In this document: positions 1-11,616 of the stretch, piece after piece
Numbering within the stretch: position 1 is the first letter of the stretch
How the letters are laid out: every line of letters begins with the position of its first letter
Origin: Lingula anatina
Taxonomy: Eukaryota > Animalia > Brachiopoda
Length of the DNA stretch: 64,000 bases
Assembly (NCBI GenBank): GCA_051362555.1
Contig: CM120647.1
Coordinates: forward strand, 4,774,001 to 4,838,000
Direction: 5' to 3'
Translations under genes and position numbers: made by a program
Notes under the pieces: model-generated
What the model was told of the DNA's origin: nothing
Databases searched by the model: none
Seen by the model: only the letters and a program-made list of their open reading frames with translations

Positions 1-93
1 AAATATTGATTAATATTTATTAGATCAGTAACAAAAACTGACGCTGCATTCATTGGTGACACGCTTATTTTTTCAGCTGAAAATTGCGACAAC

Positions 94-282
94 ATGCCGC
101 CAACTAAGAAGCGCCGTACTGATTCACCAGCAGATTACGTCAGTTACCCGAAAGACAAGTTGGCCTTCGAGAAAGAACGCTTTGAATTAGTAAAGAAAGA
201 GCTAGAAGCTCAAATTGAGAGACAAGCAAATGATGGATATGGTTGTCTTTGGTTAAAAAGAAAAACTGAATTGACATACTAG
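94..282 (+). pseudogene. Possible C-terminal relic of the Harbinger partner (Myb/SANT-type ORF2) gene
   Basis: Short charged coiled-coil-like ORF (EKERFELVKKELEAQIERQ) converging on the Harbinger transposase relic. The assignment is inferred from the layout only. Confidence 0.3.
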
Positions 283-436
283 GCTCTTGCTGCCTGCAAG
301 ATACACATGGGCTGAATCTTTGTTAAAACATTAGTTTTTTTATTCAAGATTTCATTTAAATAAATGTTTGCTTGCGGTATGAATTTAACATTTTACTCTT
401 AAACTTTCTCATACGCACAATGTACACGTGTACAGT

Positions 437-810
437 TCATGCTAAATAGTCCTCCAAGGTGGGAGGATCTAGTTAAAAGTACCTACTCATCTGATTGACA
501 TACACACAGGTATGGCAGTTGACCAGAAGACCACCAACTAAGTAGTACGTGGCTACAGGAGACAACAGAACTTTTTTAATTCTTTCGAAAGTCCAGGAAG
601 GCAAAGTGTAACAATAAGTTTCCGAACTCCCACTCGACGCATTCCCGCACAGAGGACATTCTCCTGTTGAATTCTTCGTCTTCAGCACTCAAATTTGCTC
701 CTCTGAAGGGACTCAACAAATACCTTCTAACGGGGTAAGCCGGATCTCCATAAATTGCGTATGGAAGACCATTCCAAAATTACCTAACCTGTCCAATGAC
801 GTCTCTGCAT
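437..810 (-). pseudogene. PIF/Harbinger (HARBI1-type DDE) transposase C-terminal relic
   Basis: The minus strand reads PYAIYGDPAYPVRRYLLSPFRG...FNRRMSSVRECVEWEFG...FAFLDFRKN, then after a frameshift LLSPVATYYLVGGLLVNCHTCVY...YF*LDPPTLEDYLA*. These are hallmark Harbinger transposase motifs. Confidence 0.8.
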
Positions 811-1324
811 AAGCCTCGGTCACAACCGACCGTACGGGCTCTTACGGGCTGTTTGCGGCGTCCAAATTTTGCGCAGAATCTCACGCAAGGCCTTCTTACG
901 CAATTTCGAGTTCGCAGACAGCCCGTAAGCACGTACGGAGGATGTTGGACATGTCCAAAATTTTCTACGAATAGCCTGCGAAGAGCGAAGCCGCAAACGT
1001 AACTTGCTCCCCTCGCACGGAGAGACGCGCGTTGTGCAAGACACACGTCGCAAGCAATGAAGGAGCAAGTGCCCTTTGCGTGTTGTGTAAGGCGCACGCC
1101 CTCACAACTAACGGACAAAGTCGAGAGCACACCGGGAATGCGTCTCACGTGCGTCACCCCACGCCTGGTGTATAAAAGGCGTGCTCACGACGAACGCTCG
1201 TTTATTTACAATGAACATCGACTATGTAACGTGTACAACAATTTTCAAAATTTTCAAATTTTTGCTCAATTTAGTTTCTAATGTGCCTCCAAAACTCCAA
1301 AAGGCAAGAGAAAAAAACTTACGT

Positions 1325-3727
1325 CCCAGCGGGCACTCAACGTTGATTCAACATTGAGGATAGGTTGAGATGATGTTGATCCATCAATATTGATAGATCA
1401 ACAAGATCTCAACATTGAATCAACCTTTTCTTGTCAACCAATTGTCAATGTTGATAGATCAACAGGGTCTCAACATTGATTTAACCTTTCTTTGTCAATC
1501 AATTTTCAATGTTGATAGATCAACAGGTTTTCAACATTGAATCAACCTTTTCTTGTCAACCAATTGTCAATGTTGATAGATCAACAGGGTCTCAACATTG
1601 ATTTTACCTTTCTTTGTCAATCAGTTTTCAATGTTGATAGATCAACAGGATTTCAACATTGAAACAACCTGTGTTTGTTAACCCTTTGTCAATGTTGACA
1701 TATCAACTGGATCTCAACATTGGGCCAACCTTAACTTTATAACCTTAATCATAACCTTGATAATAGTTTTAAATGATTATCTCACTAGAGAGGTATGCAT
1801 AGGGGTAATTACCCCTCATAAAACGCTTGTTTTACCCCTTTTTCGTTAAAATTAATTTTGTGAAAAAAGCGGTCGTCCCTTTTTTTTTAAACTTTCCACA
1901 GGTTATCTTTAAGAAAAAGAAAAAAAAAACATAGGGTCACCAGCCTTACTTTATGGCAAATTAACAAAATTTTACTCAAGGTTGAAGAAAAAGCTTGAAA
2001 AAGCCAAAAATGCCTGTTTTTCTGGAAATTTAAGTTAGCTGTGAGAAAAAAATTAGACTGGTGACCCTTTTGTTTTTGTATTCTTAAAATTATCTTAACT
2101 AACTGATGTGACGTTATAATTATTTTAGTAAAGCTAATTTGTTGTTTAATTTTTATGAGTAATTACCGTATGTACCTGCATACTTGTATAATGTAAATGA
2201 AGTGCGGGACTGTTATTAAGTGCGAGAATCCGGATAACATGAGCTGATGCAACACGTGAGTGTGGACAGTGTGTAACACTTTTACAGTACAAAAACTGTA
2301 CTTTATTAACAGTACTTTGTGAGTCCACACTATCAGGAGGATCGTTCAACAGATAAGGACATGGAAAACGGTGACATTGCGTCTTCAAAACTCCACACTA
2401 TCAGGAGGATCGTTCAACAGATAAGGACATGGAAAACGGTGACAATTGCGTCTTCAAAACCCCACACTATCAGGAGGAACGTTTAACAGAAAAGGACTCG
2501 TAAAACTTTGACATTGCGTCTTCAAAACTTAACTGTCTACGAATCTGTTAGAATTTAACTGTATTTGACAAATGTTAAAGTTTATGCAACATGATAGTAT
2601 TACATGTAGTTAGTTTATGAAGTGTATGTTCATTGTTTGTAATATATTATATTCATAGTTAAGTTAGTTGTTGTTTGTGTTTTTTATGTTCGGGCTGTTT
2701 TGGTCCGTAACACTGAGCATCAAACTGGAAAGTTTAAAAAGAACGACCCATAGGTGGATACAGGGGCCGGTCCCGGGGTCTGCCCCCCCCCTTTTCTTCC
2801 GAAATTACCTTTTTTTTTGTAGGTAATTTTCCTAATTTCCCCCCTTTTCAGATCTGAGTCTTTTTATTTCAAGAAATGCTTGATATCTTGGAGAACACCT
2901 TCAGCCATCAGGCAAATTTCAATCAAATATCCTGATAGCCTAATTGATATGTCGACGTTAATTTAATTTTCAAATTCAACTTTATTTCAACATTGATTCA
3001 ACATTGAGGTATCAATGTTGATTCAACATTGATACCTCAAGGTTGTTTAACCTTGATGGTTCAAGGTTGATTCAACCTTGATGGTTCAACGTTGAGTCAA
3101 CTTTTATAGTCAATGTCATATCAACATAGTTTCAATGTTGACTGTCAATGTTGATTCAACATTGATACCTCAAGGTTGATTCAACCTTGATGGTTCAACG
3201 TTGATTCAACTTTCATAGTCAACGTCATATCAACATAGTTTCAACGTTGACCGTCAACGTTGATTCAACATTGAGACTTCAAGGTTGATTCAACCTTGAT
3301 GGTTCAACGTTGAGTCAACTTTCATAGTCAATGTTATATCAACATAGTTTCAACATTGACCGTTAACGTTGATTCAACATTGATACCTCAAGGTTGATTC
3401 AACCTTGGTGGTTCAACGTTGAGTCAACTTTCATAGTCAACGTCATATCAACATAGTTTCAACATTGACCATCAACGTTGATTCAACATTGATACCTCAA
3501 GGTTGATTCAACCTTGATCGTTGATTCAACTTTCATAGTTAACGTCATATCAACATAGTTTCAACGTTGACCGTCAACGTTGATTCAACATTGAGATTTC
3601 AAGGTTGATTCAACCTTGATGGTTCAACGTTGAGTCAACTTTCATAGTCAACGTCATATCAACATAGTTTCAACGTTGACCATCAACGTTGATTCAACAT
3701 TGATTCAATGTTGATTTGCCCGCTGGG
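1325..3727. mobile_element. CMC/EnSpm-like non-autonomous element with subterminal tandem arrays
   Basis: TIR CCCAGCGGGCA ... TGCCCGCTGGG, 2-bp TSD GT. Left ~60-bp array (~1340-1740) and right ~109-bp array (~2985-3715), both built from GTTGA/TCAAC motifs. Confidence 0.75.
2325..2530. repeat. ~68-bp tandem repeat x3
   Basis: CCACACTATCAGGAGGATCGTTCAACAG...CATTGCGTCTTCAAAAC repeated three times. Confidence 0.85.
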
Positions 3728-4546
3728 GTAGTAGAAAAAAGGGAGGAGGAAGAAAAAAGAAGAGGAGAACAGGAAGCAAAACTGACGTACGCCGTCAGTA
3801 CGTCATCACAAACGTGTGAGGCAAGTGTGAAGCAAAACTGACGCAAAAGGGCACTACTTTCGCCGCGCGTTGCATTCCCTTCGTAAGTGGTGAGTGTGTG
3901 CCACGTACACAGGAAGCAAGACAAACTCAAAAAATGAGTGCAATTTCCACGACCATCGCTCCTTGCAATTAGCGTCCCTGCCTGAAAGGACATCACATGT
4001 GGCCCTTGCGACTCACAAGGCAGACCTCCACGGCTTCCGCAACACCCAAAAATCGCAGGGGACGTACGGTCCTGAAATTCGTGCGTCCGGTTGTGACCGT
4101 GCCTTTACAGCATGTGTAACATGTATCAGCCTACTGTACAATTCGACTATCCGTAAAGACTAACCGGGTCTTTCTGTGAAATCACGGAAAAATAAACGTC
4201 GGTCATTTTACGGTTACGGATAGCTAAATGTAGTCGTTCGCCTAAACGTGCAGGTGCGAAAGCTCTCTAATGATTGCGGGTGACTGGGAACTAGGAAATA
4301 AAGCCAAACAGATGATATGGTGGTGTGGGTTCCGGTGTAACGTGACAGACAGACCCCCGTGGCAGAGAGTTTGCTTCCCATTTATCTATACAGGAAAGTC
4401 TCGTCCTCGATTTTGACCCACCTAGATCAGGTTAACCCTAACCATTATAACTCATTTGAGGGAGGATTTTCTGTTACACGGACTCCTAGTGTCGTTACAA
4501 CGGCGTCCCGCATGTTAGGGTCAGTCTGAAATAACGGGTTGAGTTA

Positions 4547-5063
4547 AGCCTGGGTCACATTGCGCTTTCAACCTTTTGGCAACCTCCTTGAAACCTCAGT
4601 CGCAAGGAGGTTGCCATAGGTTTTAAAGTGGTCGCATAAGGTTGCTAACAGGTCGCCTGCGATCGTTGACACATGAAGGCCATTTTCTGTGCATCGATAA
4701 CCAGTGCGACTAAAGATGAAAAATATCGGCATCCGAAAAGTTGCCTATCGGTCTCTTTATGGTTGTCAGTAGGTGCTATAACCAGTAGCGAAGGGACCAC
4801 AGGTTTTTTGCCGATCGCAGGCATTCGAAAATATGTCACAGGAAGGCTGCAAGTGACTGAAATAAAATAGGCATAGGATGGTGGTCTATTTGTCCAAAGA
4901 CTTTTTTCATATTTCATAATTTGTCATGTATGCCTTCTAAATATTAAGATCATAAATTACAATATTTTAGAAAAAGAAAACATAAATTGCATTTGTTGGC
5001 AAGTTTTTATACTATTTGCCAAGGCTTTCATATACCTGGTATTTCAAACTTACGCAATACAAA

Positions 5064-5103
<40 letters not shown>

Positions 5104-5568
5104 TGAAGCTAAAAGCAATGTACGGTTTTTTGACTCAACCGCGGTGACATTTGCAAGTCACAAAGAGGTTTTTTATTCAGTGTTACCGTTACCGCACAGG
5201 CCTCGCGACCTCAAAGGGACCAAGTAATTGAACAAGAAAATATTAAAGGGTATTATAAGATTAATAAAGATCAAAGCGTACGCAAATTTATGTTTTCATT
5301 ACAGCACTGATTTCGTTAGGTGAGGGTGTAGTCTTTTCAAAAGTTCACAAAACATTGCTGGTTTTATTTTCGGAAGGAAATGAAAACGCTCAAATTTTCA
5401 GGTCCAAATTCTTTCATCAAATGTTTGTAATCGCCTTACAAGGAGCGTCTTGGAATCCACGGTCTCACCCACTATTTCCGAGTTTTTTTTCTTTTCTTTT
5501 TTCCGCTTAGGTAAACAAAGCCAATTATTATAGCAGTCCCGTCTTTTTGAGAATGCAGCTACTGTCAC

Positions 5569-5667
<99 letters not shown>

Positions 5668-5748
5668 TTAGCTTGTGAGGTGATCGCAAGCGACTGCCAG
5701 ATTTTACAAAAGTTGCCAAAAGGTTGCAAGCGCAGTGTGACCCATCCT
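4547..5748. mobile_element. Harbinger-like MITE, copy-A specific
   Basis: TIR AG(C/G)(C/A)TGGGTCACA(T/C)TGCGCTT..CAACCTTTTGGCAAC, TTA TSD. Copy B has an empty site with a single TTA at ~30362. Confidence 0.85.
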
Positions 5749-6328
5749 TTAGGGGGCGAGTATCACATGAACAAAGTATAATTGAACGGGCTACGATTCC
5801 TTTACTCGGAGTCAACTACCAATGTTCATGCCCCAGTATGATCATGTCCAAATGAGCCAACAGTTATGATCCGATCAAAATACCACATTTTATTATTTAT
5901 CAATATAATGATCATGATCCTACTTAGACATACACTTTCACTTCCAAATAATATCCTGTCCCAGGCGATGTGTACAAGAATTCATTTTGCAAAAATGAAT
6001 CTACCAATATTTTGGAAATTAGCAAACATGTCATAAAATGTTAACTATCCTGTCAGCAAGAAAAAAAAAAGCATCGAAATCCTGGTAACATGAACTAATA
6101 GCTGTGCCTGAGCATCGAGTTAATCCTTCAGTCCCTTTGACTGTCTAAAATGTTCGGTGGTTGTTGTGATATTTGTCTTTTATTAAGCCACGAACTACCC
6201 TAGGTTCTAGACTTCCGTATTGCCAGCTGGATCTTGATTTCATATAAAGCCCATATCAGCAATGCGAAAGTAAAAGCGATCGCATCACAAGATTTTTTAA
6301 CAAGCTAGCTTTTACTGTGCTCTGACAC

Positions 6329-8264
6329 TCAGGGTACCACGAACGGGCTACAGACGTACTCAAACGTACTTGTCTGGCTTCCCAGGGTGAAAAAGCCAAA
6401 TATAATGCCAAATACTTGGATAGCAGGTGTGCACGCCACTGTTGGCGTCCAGCGTTTTTGCCTCGATTTGGGGTCACCGATGGAAGAGATCTCTGGCCCA
6501 AGAGCAGTCTTTGTTTCGCTTCTTGTTTTCCTAGATACAGACGCAGTCACCGGGGCACCATGTTGTCCTTGTATTGCTTCAGATGGAATGGAAACTGCAA
6601 AATAGGAAAAACAAAACAAATGTTGAACATAATGCTGCATAGAAGTTATCTCGCGTGGCTGAGGAGGAAAATCGCCTTTTTGTTGATGTAGGATATCAAC
6701 AAGAGGTGGAAATAGTTTGAATCCTCCACAAACACACACACGCATGCTCACGAACACGTCGCCCCCATCATGGTATAATAATCTTTCTGTGGCATGACAT
6801 ACATGTTCACTGTATAGACCTCACTTTATGGATGTGCCTGTGCCATGTGCCATGAGAGTGTTTCCATTCATTTTTTTTTTTTAGAAATAAAAAAAAAAAA
6901 AAAAAAAAATTTAAAAGGGGCAATTGTCATCCATTTATTTATTTTATTATTATCATCAGTGAACCTGAGTGTCTTCATGCGTACCTTCCCGTTTGCGTCT
7001 TCCAGGGAACCCTACAGAAAATATCGATGGTGTTCCGGTTCCCACAACGGCGCAAGTGTCTTCCGAACATGCCCAAACCGGAACTTGAAAGCTGAATTCA
7101 ACCGTCAGCTGACACACGAACACAACGACAGGCTAGAAAAGAAACGCATGCGCAGTAGCTAAATAGAAATCGGTAATTAAATGTATGCATTGGTTTTTAA
7201 ATCCCCTTTACAATGGACGGCGTCCTTTCTGCGTCCTTGCTACGACCATGAAACTGACATCGCTGTGGAGGAGGCACAAGCATTGCTTTGGCTGCATAAT
7301 GAAGGTTCAATGATAGATCAGTTGTGGGAACGTTAAGCAATACTGGTATTTTTTACTTTCAAACGCGTCCGTAAGTTACGGGACGCAGAAAGGACGCCGT
7401 CCAGTGTAAAGGGGGCTTAAAAAGATGTGTTGATAATAGACTGCATGATTCTACTATGAAGAGCTGCTGTAATTCCATCAGTGTTTATTTCTTTTACGTC
7501 TTATTGCTGAGCTTGCCGTTTATTAGACTGCATGAACAATAATTGCCCCATCCCCTCATTGCATGGGACGATGGCAGTTTGTGATTGAAAATAAGACCCC
7601 TAGAAATCGAGATATATATAGAAAAATCAAGGATACGAATAAAATAGATTTTTCTCTCCATTTTATTAAAAAATGCCCTACGGCCGTTTCGGCCCTGTGG
7701 CCTCGTCAGGGGTGCAAACAAAACAAAATACAAAAAAGACTCTGATTAAGTCTGATTATAATCCGAGTCTTTTTTATATTTTGTTTTGTTTGCGCCCCTG
7801 ACGAGGCCTCAGGGCCGAAACGGCTGTAGGGCATTTTTTAATGGAGAGAAAAGTCTAATTTATTCGTATCCTTGATTTTCTATACCAGCTCCCCACAGTC
7901 CGCTACCATGGGTGGAGCACTTTTTCATGGTGTATTGACTTTATTCTCCGATATATATGTATATATATATATATATCATGTTCTGAAATAAAGGCGCTTT
8001 AAGAAAGGTTGTGCACCTTGCAAGGCAAACTAAAACGGGTTCGAGTGTATAATTGCACAAATATCAAACCGAGCAACGGTTTTGTGTTTGTGATTCTGTG
8101 TGCATTGTGTTGATAACTGTGCTAACATACCAACAGAAATTCAACTAAGGAAGTTTCCAAGCCGAAACCGCTCAAACCAACGCAGTCGGCTGACCTGTTA
8201 CTGCAGTCTTGGTCGGTCGTGCAGGATGTTCCGGCAACTACAACAACAACAACAACAACAATTA

Positions 8265-8300
<36 letters not shown>

Positions 8301-8338
8301 TTATTGAGCACAGAAATGTTTAACATTTACATGTAAAG

Positions 8339-8408
<70 letters not shown>

Positions 8409-9697
8409 ATGATATTAAATAACGAAAATAAATATAGTGTTATGCAATATATTAGCAAGAAACCTGATAAATTCTGTGAAATGCTTATGTGCAGAGAAGA
8501 ATGAACAATAAGTGTAATTATGTCATGCTTTTCTTTAGCTAAACGATAGATGTCCCCACGTTAACATTTTAAATAACCAAAAAAGTTCACATTAAATTTT
8601 AACCCATTTAAATTAAAGACTCCACTCTGGTGTTGGACTTAGCTTTTTTCACATTTTAGTCCATATTTCTTGTTATAAGGAATGAGAACATAAGATTTCA
8701 ACAGCAAGACCACTCCAAGACAGAGTATACGACAGGGCCTAGCCAAAGTAACCAAATGACAAAATGCCTATCGATTTTTAGAACAAGTCATTGTCATATT
8801 TTCCGGCTTAATCACCAAGATACATAGATCCACACACAATTCGGGCTACTAAGTCCCCTGTTCCACGGCGACTTCGCATTCCAAGAGCCTTGGAATATTT
8901 TCAGTAAACAGTTACATATAGCAAGAATGACTTTGAAATATTTTACATTTTCTACCCTTTGAGGCACTCTAGAAATAAATACAGGGGACTTCCACTCATA
9001 ACAATAAATTTTACTGTTTAAAAAAATGCCAAAAATCACTCACTGGTCTGACACGTTCCATTCACCAAGGGGTAAGCTGTCAAAGGGCAGAGGCACACCT
9101 GGTTGGAGCCGGTGAAGATCGAGAACAGCGGGTTACGTGTGCACAGCGTGTTGTCCCCACAAGCCAGTGGTGGGTAAATAGCGGCAGTCGCCCCCGATGA
9201 ACATGCACTGAAGAGCCTTGTGCTGTTATCGCTTGTATAGCCTGGGAAGACAATGATGTACCTTTATTTGCAGTGACTATAACGACATTCAATTATATGC
9301 ACAGTAGGTACTTCGAAAAATAAACGTAACTGGGAATTGCGATGCTCTTTATATTTGGTAAAAAAAAAAAGGTTTATTTCACCCAAACCAGCAACATTTT
9401 TAAACTGCATAATGGATTTGCGATTGTCGTTATTAACATCTGAAACGTGGTGCATGAGATATGCTCAGATCAAAGTCAACATCATGAGCTGTAACCCCAA
9501 AATTAAATAACACTCTTAAAAACAGGCTTTGGTCACTGTAGAAACACAGCTTTCAGTTTGGTCATTACGCGACACAATTTGAATATCAGATTTTTTTCTT
9601 TTCTGTATCGTGGTGCTTATGAGTAATGATGGTGAAAGCGAAAGCGTGTGGATATTCCGCTGATCTTACCAGTAATAGGAGGTATAGTGACAGACAT
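6329..9697 (-). CDS. Uncharacterised Cys-rich precursor-like protein with three furin-type sites, copy A (248 aa)
   Basis: Exons 9670-9697(ATG), 9044-9241, 8131-8237, 6985-7132, 6329-6594, with the same splice sites and phases as copy B. All 14 Cys and RRKR/RKTR/RQKR are conserved. Coding indels are multiples of 3, and exon-3 substitutions are mostly synonymous in this frame. C-terminal peptide: WTPTVACTPAIQVFGIIFGFFTLGSQTSTFEYVCSPFVVP. Confidence 0.75.
7200..7417. mobile_element. ~220-bp MITE (CCCCTTTACACTGGACGGCGTCC family)
   Basis: Long TIRs. Other copies at 20132-20354, ~32657-32840 (decayed), and a left end at ~63295. Confidence 0.8.
7675..7715 (-). ncRNA. Minimal type-I hammerhead ribozyme (Penelope-type)
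   Basis: gcaccc-CUGACGA-GGCC-acag-GGCC-GAA-ACGGCCGU-A-gggc: complete catalytic core, stem II, palindromic stem/loop III, GUA cleavage triplet. Confidence 0.8.
7792..7832 (+). ncRNA. Minimal type-I hammerhead ribozyme (Penelope-type), inverted twin
   Basis: gcgccc-CUGACGA-GGCC-ucag-GGCC-GAA-ACGGCUGU-A-gggc. Confidence 0.78.
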
Positions 9698-9868
9698 GGC
9701 TCACCGCAAATTGTTGATCTGAAAAAAAAACGAAATAAAAACACGCTGCATATTAGCAATAAAAAACATTCAACAATGAAACGAAAAGAATGACAGTTTT
9801 AGTGTTATCATTATCTTTCAAAAACCCGGTGTGTACCGTGATGTATTGTCAAAAAATCTTCAACTTAC

Positions 9869-9953
9869 TTGTTAGCAGCCCTGCTGGTGAGTATATCCCT
9901 TTGTTTTGTTTGCTTCCTGAAGTCGTTTTTCCAGAGACACGCTAGCTTAAATA
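9869..9953 (-). promoter_or_regulatory. Putative TATA-like box and non-coding first exon of Cys-rich gene copy A
   Basis: TATTTAAG at 9946-9953 (minus strand), ~30 nt upstream of an Inr-like TTCAG, followed by a strong donor AA|gtaagt at 9869. Same arrangement in copy B. Confidence 0.45.
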
Positions 9954-10718
9954 CTGTAGAAGACGACTTAGCCGGTAAGCTTTTTTCATCTGATAGCATA
10001 CGTCGCGTACCGTGCAAGTTTATCAATTGTAAATCTGAGGTTTTGACTACGTTAATTGTAGTGGAGAAAACCCTTTAATCCTCGTCTGCCAAGTGCATCC
10101 TCTACAGTTATCACAATTCAGTCTGCATATACCAGTAATAAATAATCATTTTCGTTTCCGACAATAACTCTTGGACGTGGTAATGTTAGTAATAAACTGT
10201 AAACGATTCGTCTGACCCATTCGTGACTAGCATTTTCTGTCTTTTGTATTCTAATCAGAACATAACATCTGCCTAATATTAGGAGGAAATCGTGATAATC
10301 CCTGTGTCAATAAAAAATAACATACATATAATTTTAAAATGAGTGCCTTTTTCTCCTTTTATCAAAATCATAATAAATATATGTAAATAGATAAATAAAC
10401 GGCGAACTGATCTAAGAAAAGCACGGCAAATTTCCTTAACTTAGGTGCACATTTTGTTCCCCTTCAAAAGTGTTCTTTACGAGTTTCATTTTGGTCATAA
10501 ACGAAAAGTATCGACGTTCTTCGATATATTTATCCCAACTGCCGAACTCGAATACAGTTTTCCTTGTTTTTATTTAATTTTATTTGTTTTAAGACGGGTC
10601 CTGAGATATTCCACGTGGATCCGCAAACTTATGTAAACTATTCGCACGGTTCCCGACTAAAGATACGTGCAATTTACCGAAAAATGTTTTTTATCCATTA
10701 TCGCAGATTCATTTTTAA

Positions 10719-11557
10719 GAGCTTGTCCACGAGAGAAGCCCAGGGTGGCAATGTGGGGGTCAGCGGATTTCAACCAAATTTGTTGTATGGAGGCATATTA
10801 GGAAGTTATTCATGAGTTAGGAAGGAATCCCAAAAATATCTTTTCTTCAGAGAATTACAGCCTATTATAAGTCATGGCTTATGTGGCCTCTTTGAGACTC
10901 CATTTTTACCTTGGAAAAATAATGATAAATTTTGTGTAAATTAAACAAAAATGGAGAAGACTAAAAATATTAGACCTTACAAACATTGAAAACAATCATT
11001 TGGCTTGCCACAGATATATGTAGAGTTCAGATAAGACCCTGCTTGGGCGAGCCACACCCATTTATAACACCTCTCCCCCCAAAGTCCAATTTTGACACTA
11101 CCATCTTTAATTGCAGATATCTCCAAATTCACAGGGTTTACAGCTATAAAACTGCATGAATATTTTAGGCAGATATGGATCACTCCAAATCAAGTTTCAA
11201 AAGTTACTGCTGTATTAAAACAGGTACTGAAAAATGCCCCCAAAGTTGGCCATTTTTAAGGCAAAAAAATCGTGGTGGATTCATTCAAGTCTATGTAGAC
11301 AATGGGTTTGATTAATTTATTAAACCATTTTGCTCTACAATGATGTTACCAAATTAATAGGGCTGGTGAGCACGGAAAGTGGATGTGTACTAATGAATAT
11401 CAGGTCAGTGGGTCATAGGTCAAGGTCACTGGGCTTCATTTTTGTAAATTGTCATATATGTTCTTTTTCACTTGTATGAACAAAAAGTTAAGAGGAAATA
11501 AATCTTAGATTTTATTACTTTGGATAAGCACTTGCAATTAACTTGAGAGTTTACATG

Positions 11558-11616
<59 letters not shown>

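Larger units (their letters stand above)
812..4104. mobile_element. Harbinger-like non-autonomous element (host of a nested insertion)
   Basis: TIRs AGCCTCGGTCACAACCG ... CGGTTGTGACCGTGCCT with ATA/TTA flanks. A related shorter copy lies at 52053-52480. Confidence 0.75.

Noticed and set aside
2985-3715. Regular palindromic repeats resembling a CRISPR array
   Set aside because: There are no unique spacers and no cas genes, the context is eukaryotic, and the array lies within transposon TIRs.
5528-5815. ORFs with IYIYIY / FFFF / NNNN runs (also 33308, 43904, 60038, 60706)
   Set aside because: Translations of microsatellites.
9080-9292. ORF-track translations of this exon (and 35627-35830) as AIQAITAQGSSVHVHR...
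   Set aside because: A/B substitutions are mostly synonymous in a different, Cys-rich frame that also fits the splice phases; the listed ORF stops inside the exon.
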